This document shows positions 48,957 to 50,106 of a DNA stretch of 50,106 nucleotides, in pieces. Position numbers and translations under genes: made by a program. Positions within the stretch are counted from its first letter, which is position 1. Each line of letters opens with the position of its first letter. The stretch comes from Alphaproteobacteria bacterium (GTDB lineage Bacteria; Pseudomonadota; Alphaproteobacteria; JAJTHO01; CANGYM01): NCBI GenBank assembly GCA_044371315.1, contig JBILTX010000002.1, forward strand, positions 1 through 50,106. Reading direction: 5' to 3'. A model generated the notes under the pieces. That model saw only the letters and a program-made list of their open reading frames with translations, searched no databases and was not told the origin of the DNA.

Positions 48957-49949
48957 TTATCGTTTCAACTGCACCAAAATCGGGGGCGTGAGGGCGGCGT
49001 TGGGGGTGTCTTCTACCATCACCTGATGAATGCGGTCGATGGCGGCTTGATTCAACTTGACCCCTACGCCCCAGGTATCCCCATTTTGCCATTCCCGCTG
49101 GCTGGAAATCACGCCCACCATGGCAAAGGTATCATACAGAGGGTCATAGGCAAAAATAGGGCCGCCCGAGGTCCCCTCAAACGACAGGGCCCCATGTTCA
49201 AACTGATTGCCTTTGCCTGGGGACTCGGCATTGCGATAGGTTAAGGTTGTGCTGCGATACAGCTTTCCGTCTTCGCCCAAGGGGGGCTTGACCGGATAGC
49301 CCGCAACGCTTAGGGCCATGGCAGAGCGCACGTCGCTGGGATGAAAATGGGCATCTGTCACCAAAGCCACAGGTACGCTGCCCCATTTTTTCCAAAAGGC
49401 CTCGCCGTAGGGGGCTGATTCTAAATGCACGAGCGCCACATCTTCGTTATTATCCAGTGCTGGCCCCGAAGAGCGCATATATTCTACAGACGCAATCGAA
49501 ACAGGAGGATAGGGGATCTGTGACCCATTACGCGCGGCAAAAAATTTGCCGTCTTGGTAATACCCCTGAGCCGCATCATAAAAACAATGGGCGGCCGTTA
49601 ACACCACCTTGGGGGCAATCATGGTGCCGGTGCATCCATTGTATTGCGCCACGCCAAAGCGAATTTGCAGCTGCCCCACATACATCCATGGATAGGCCAA
49701 GGTGTCCGCAACAGGATCCATAACAGGGACCTTGGGGCTTGCATTGTCCTGCAAGACAGGGCCCATATCCCCGTAGCGGGCCTGATCCTGATAGCCTTCC
49801 TCGGCCCGTTGATAGGTGCTGAGCAAGGCATAGCGCAAAGCATCATCCAGTCGAATGGATAGGGGTTTTCCCTCCTCGGCCAGCGCAAAAGACCCTTGCG
49901 TCGCAACACAAAGCACCGTAAAAAAAAGAGTGTTCAAAAAAGGGCGCAT
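48957..49949 (-). CDS. secreted trypsin-fold (S1 family) serine protease
   Basis: Signal peptide, then a catalytic triad context: VVLTAAHCF (His), NEDVALVHL (Asp) and [10 protein letters not shown] (Ser). Confidence 0.8.
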   Translation of the reverse strand: MRPFLNTLFFTVLCVATQGSFALAEEGKPLSIRLDDALRYALLSTYQRAEEGYQDQARYGDMGPVLQDNASPKVPVMDPVADTLAYPWMYVGQLQIRFGVAQYNGCTGTMIAPKVVLTAAHCFYDAAQGYYQDGKFFAARNGSQIPYPPVSIASVEYMRSSGPALDNNEDVALVHLESAPYGEAFWKKWGSVPVALVTDAHFHPSDVRSAMALSVAGYPVKPPLGEDGKLYRSTTLTYRNAESPGKGNQFEHGALSFEGTSGGPIFAYDPLYDTFAMVGVISSQREWQNGDTWGVGVKLNQAAIDRIHQVMVEDTPNAALTPPILVQLKR

Positions 49950-50015
49950 AACAACAGAGGTTTTTGTTTACCCCTAAGATTAGGTCATGTTTATTTAAAA
50001 AGCAAGGATTTTTCC

Positions 50016-50106
50016 ATGCCCCTCATTCTTCTTCGTCATGGTCAAAGTGTTTGGAATCTGGAAAACCGCTTTACCGGTTGGGTGGATGTGGATCTGACGG
50101 ATCAGG
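50016..50106 (+). CDS. gpmA: 2,3-bisphosphoglycerate-dependent phosphoglycerate mutase, N-terminal fragment (continues beyond the window)
   Basis: Own translation from the ATG at 50016: [30 protein letters not shown], containing the RHG catalytic motif. Confidence 0.88.
   Translation, partial: MPLILLRHGQSVWNLENRFTGWVDVDLTDQ

Overview
This is about 50 kb of densely coded chromosome, read here as alphaproteobacterial. That assignment is an inference from gene content: an NDUFS4-like protein, an fdxA-carD pair, a hemD/Mic60-like/hemY-like cluster and a CckA-like hybrid kinase. Nearly everything is core housekeeping.

Gene content by region:
- Left part: ftsK (3' end), rbfA, lon, an NDUFS4-like/SbtA-like/SbtB-like triad, carD, fdxA, then secY-adk-rpsM-rpsK-rpoA-rplQ.
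- Middle: purC-purS, rpiB, cysNC, marR-family, ridA, fabF, acpP, the hem cluster, gmhB, rimM, a bolA-family gene, bamE, ispA, ybaB-recR.
- Right part: fusA-tuf and the complete S10/spc ribosomal block (rpsJ to rplO), then an 8.5-kb minus-strand cell-envelope gene string, a secreted serine protease and the start of gpmA.

I found no rRNA, tRNA, CRISPR array, transposase, integrase or phage genes. I see no convincing multi-gene novel system such as a defence island, toxin-antitoxin pair or secretion system.

Observations worth a second look are local oddities:
- An NDUFS4-like protein is translationally coupled to a bicarbonate-transporter-family permease and its PII-like partner.
- A low-GC LapG/BTLCP-family protein has its catalytic Cys and His substituted.
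- A fused cysNC has no cysD beside it and is followed by a DUF4402-like secreted protein.
- A low-GC orphan secreted protein lies upstream of secY.
- The ribosomal super-operon is broken exactly at rplO|secY, and fusA lacks rpsL-rpsG.
- L30 carries a basic low-complexity N-terminal extension.
- A hybrid histidine kinase is embedded by ORF overlaps in the envelope-gene string.
- An exact 10-bp direct repeat sits in one promoter region.

All functional calls come from reading the supplied translations against remembered family motifs. No database search was run.
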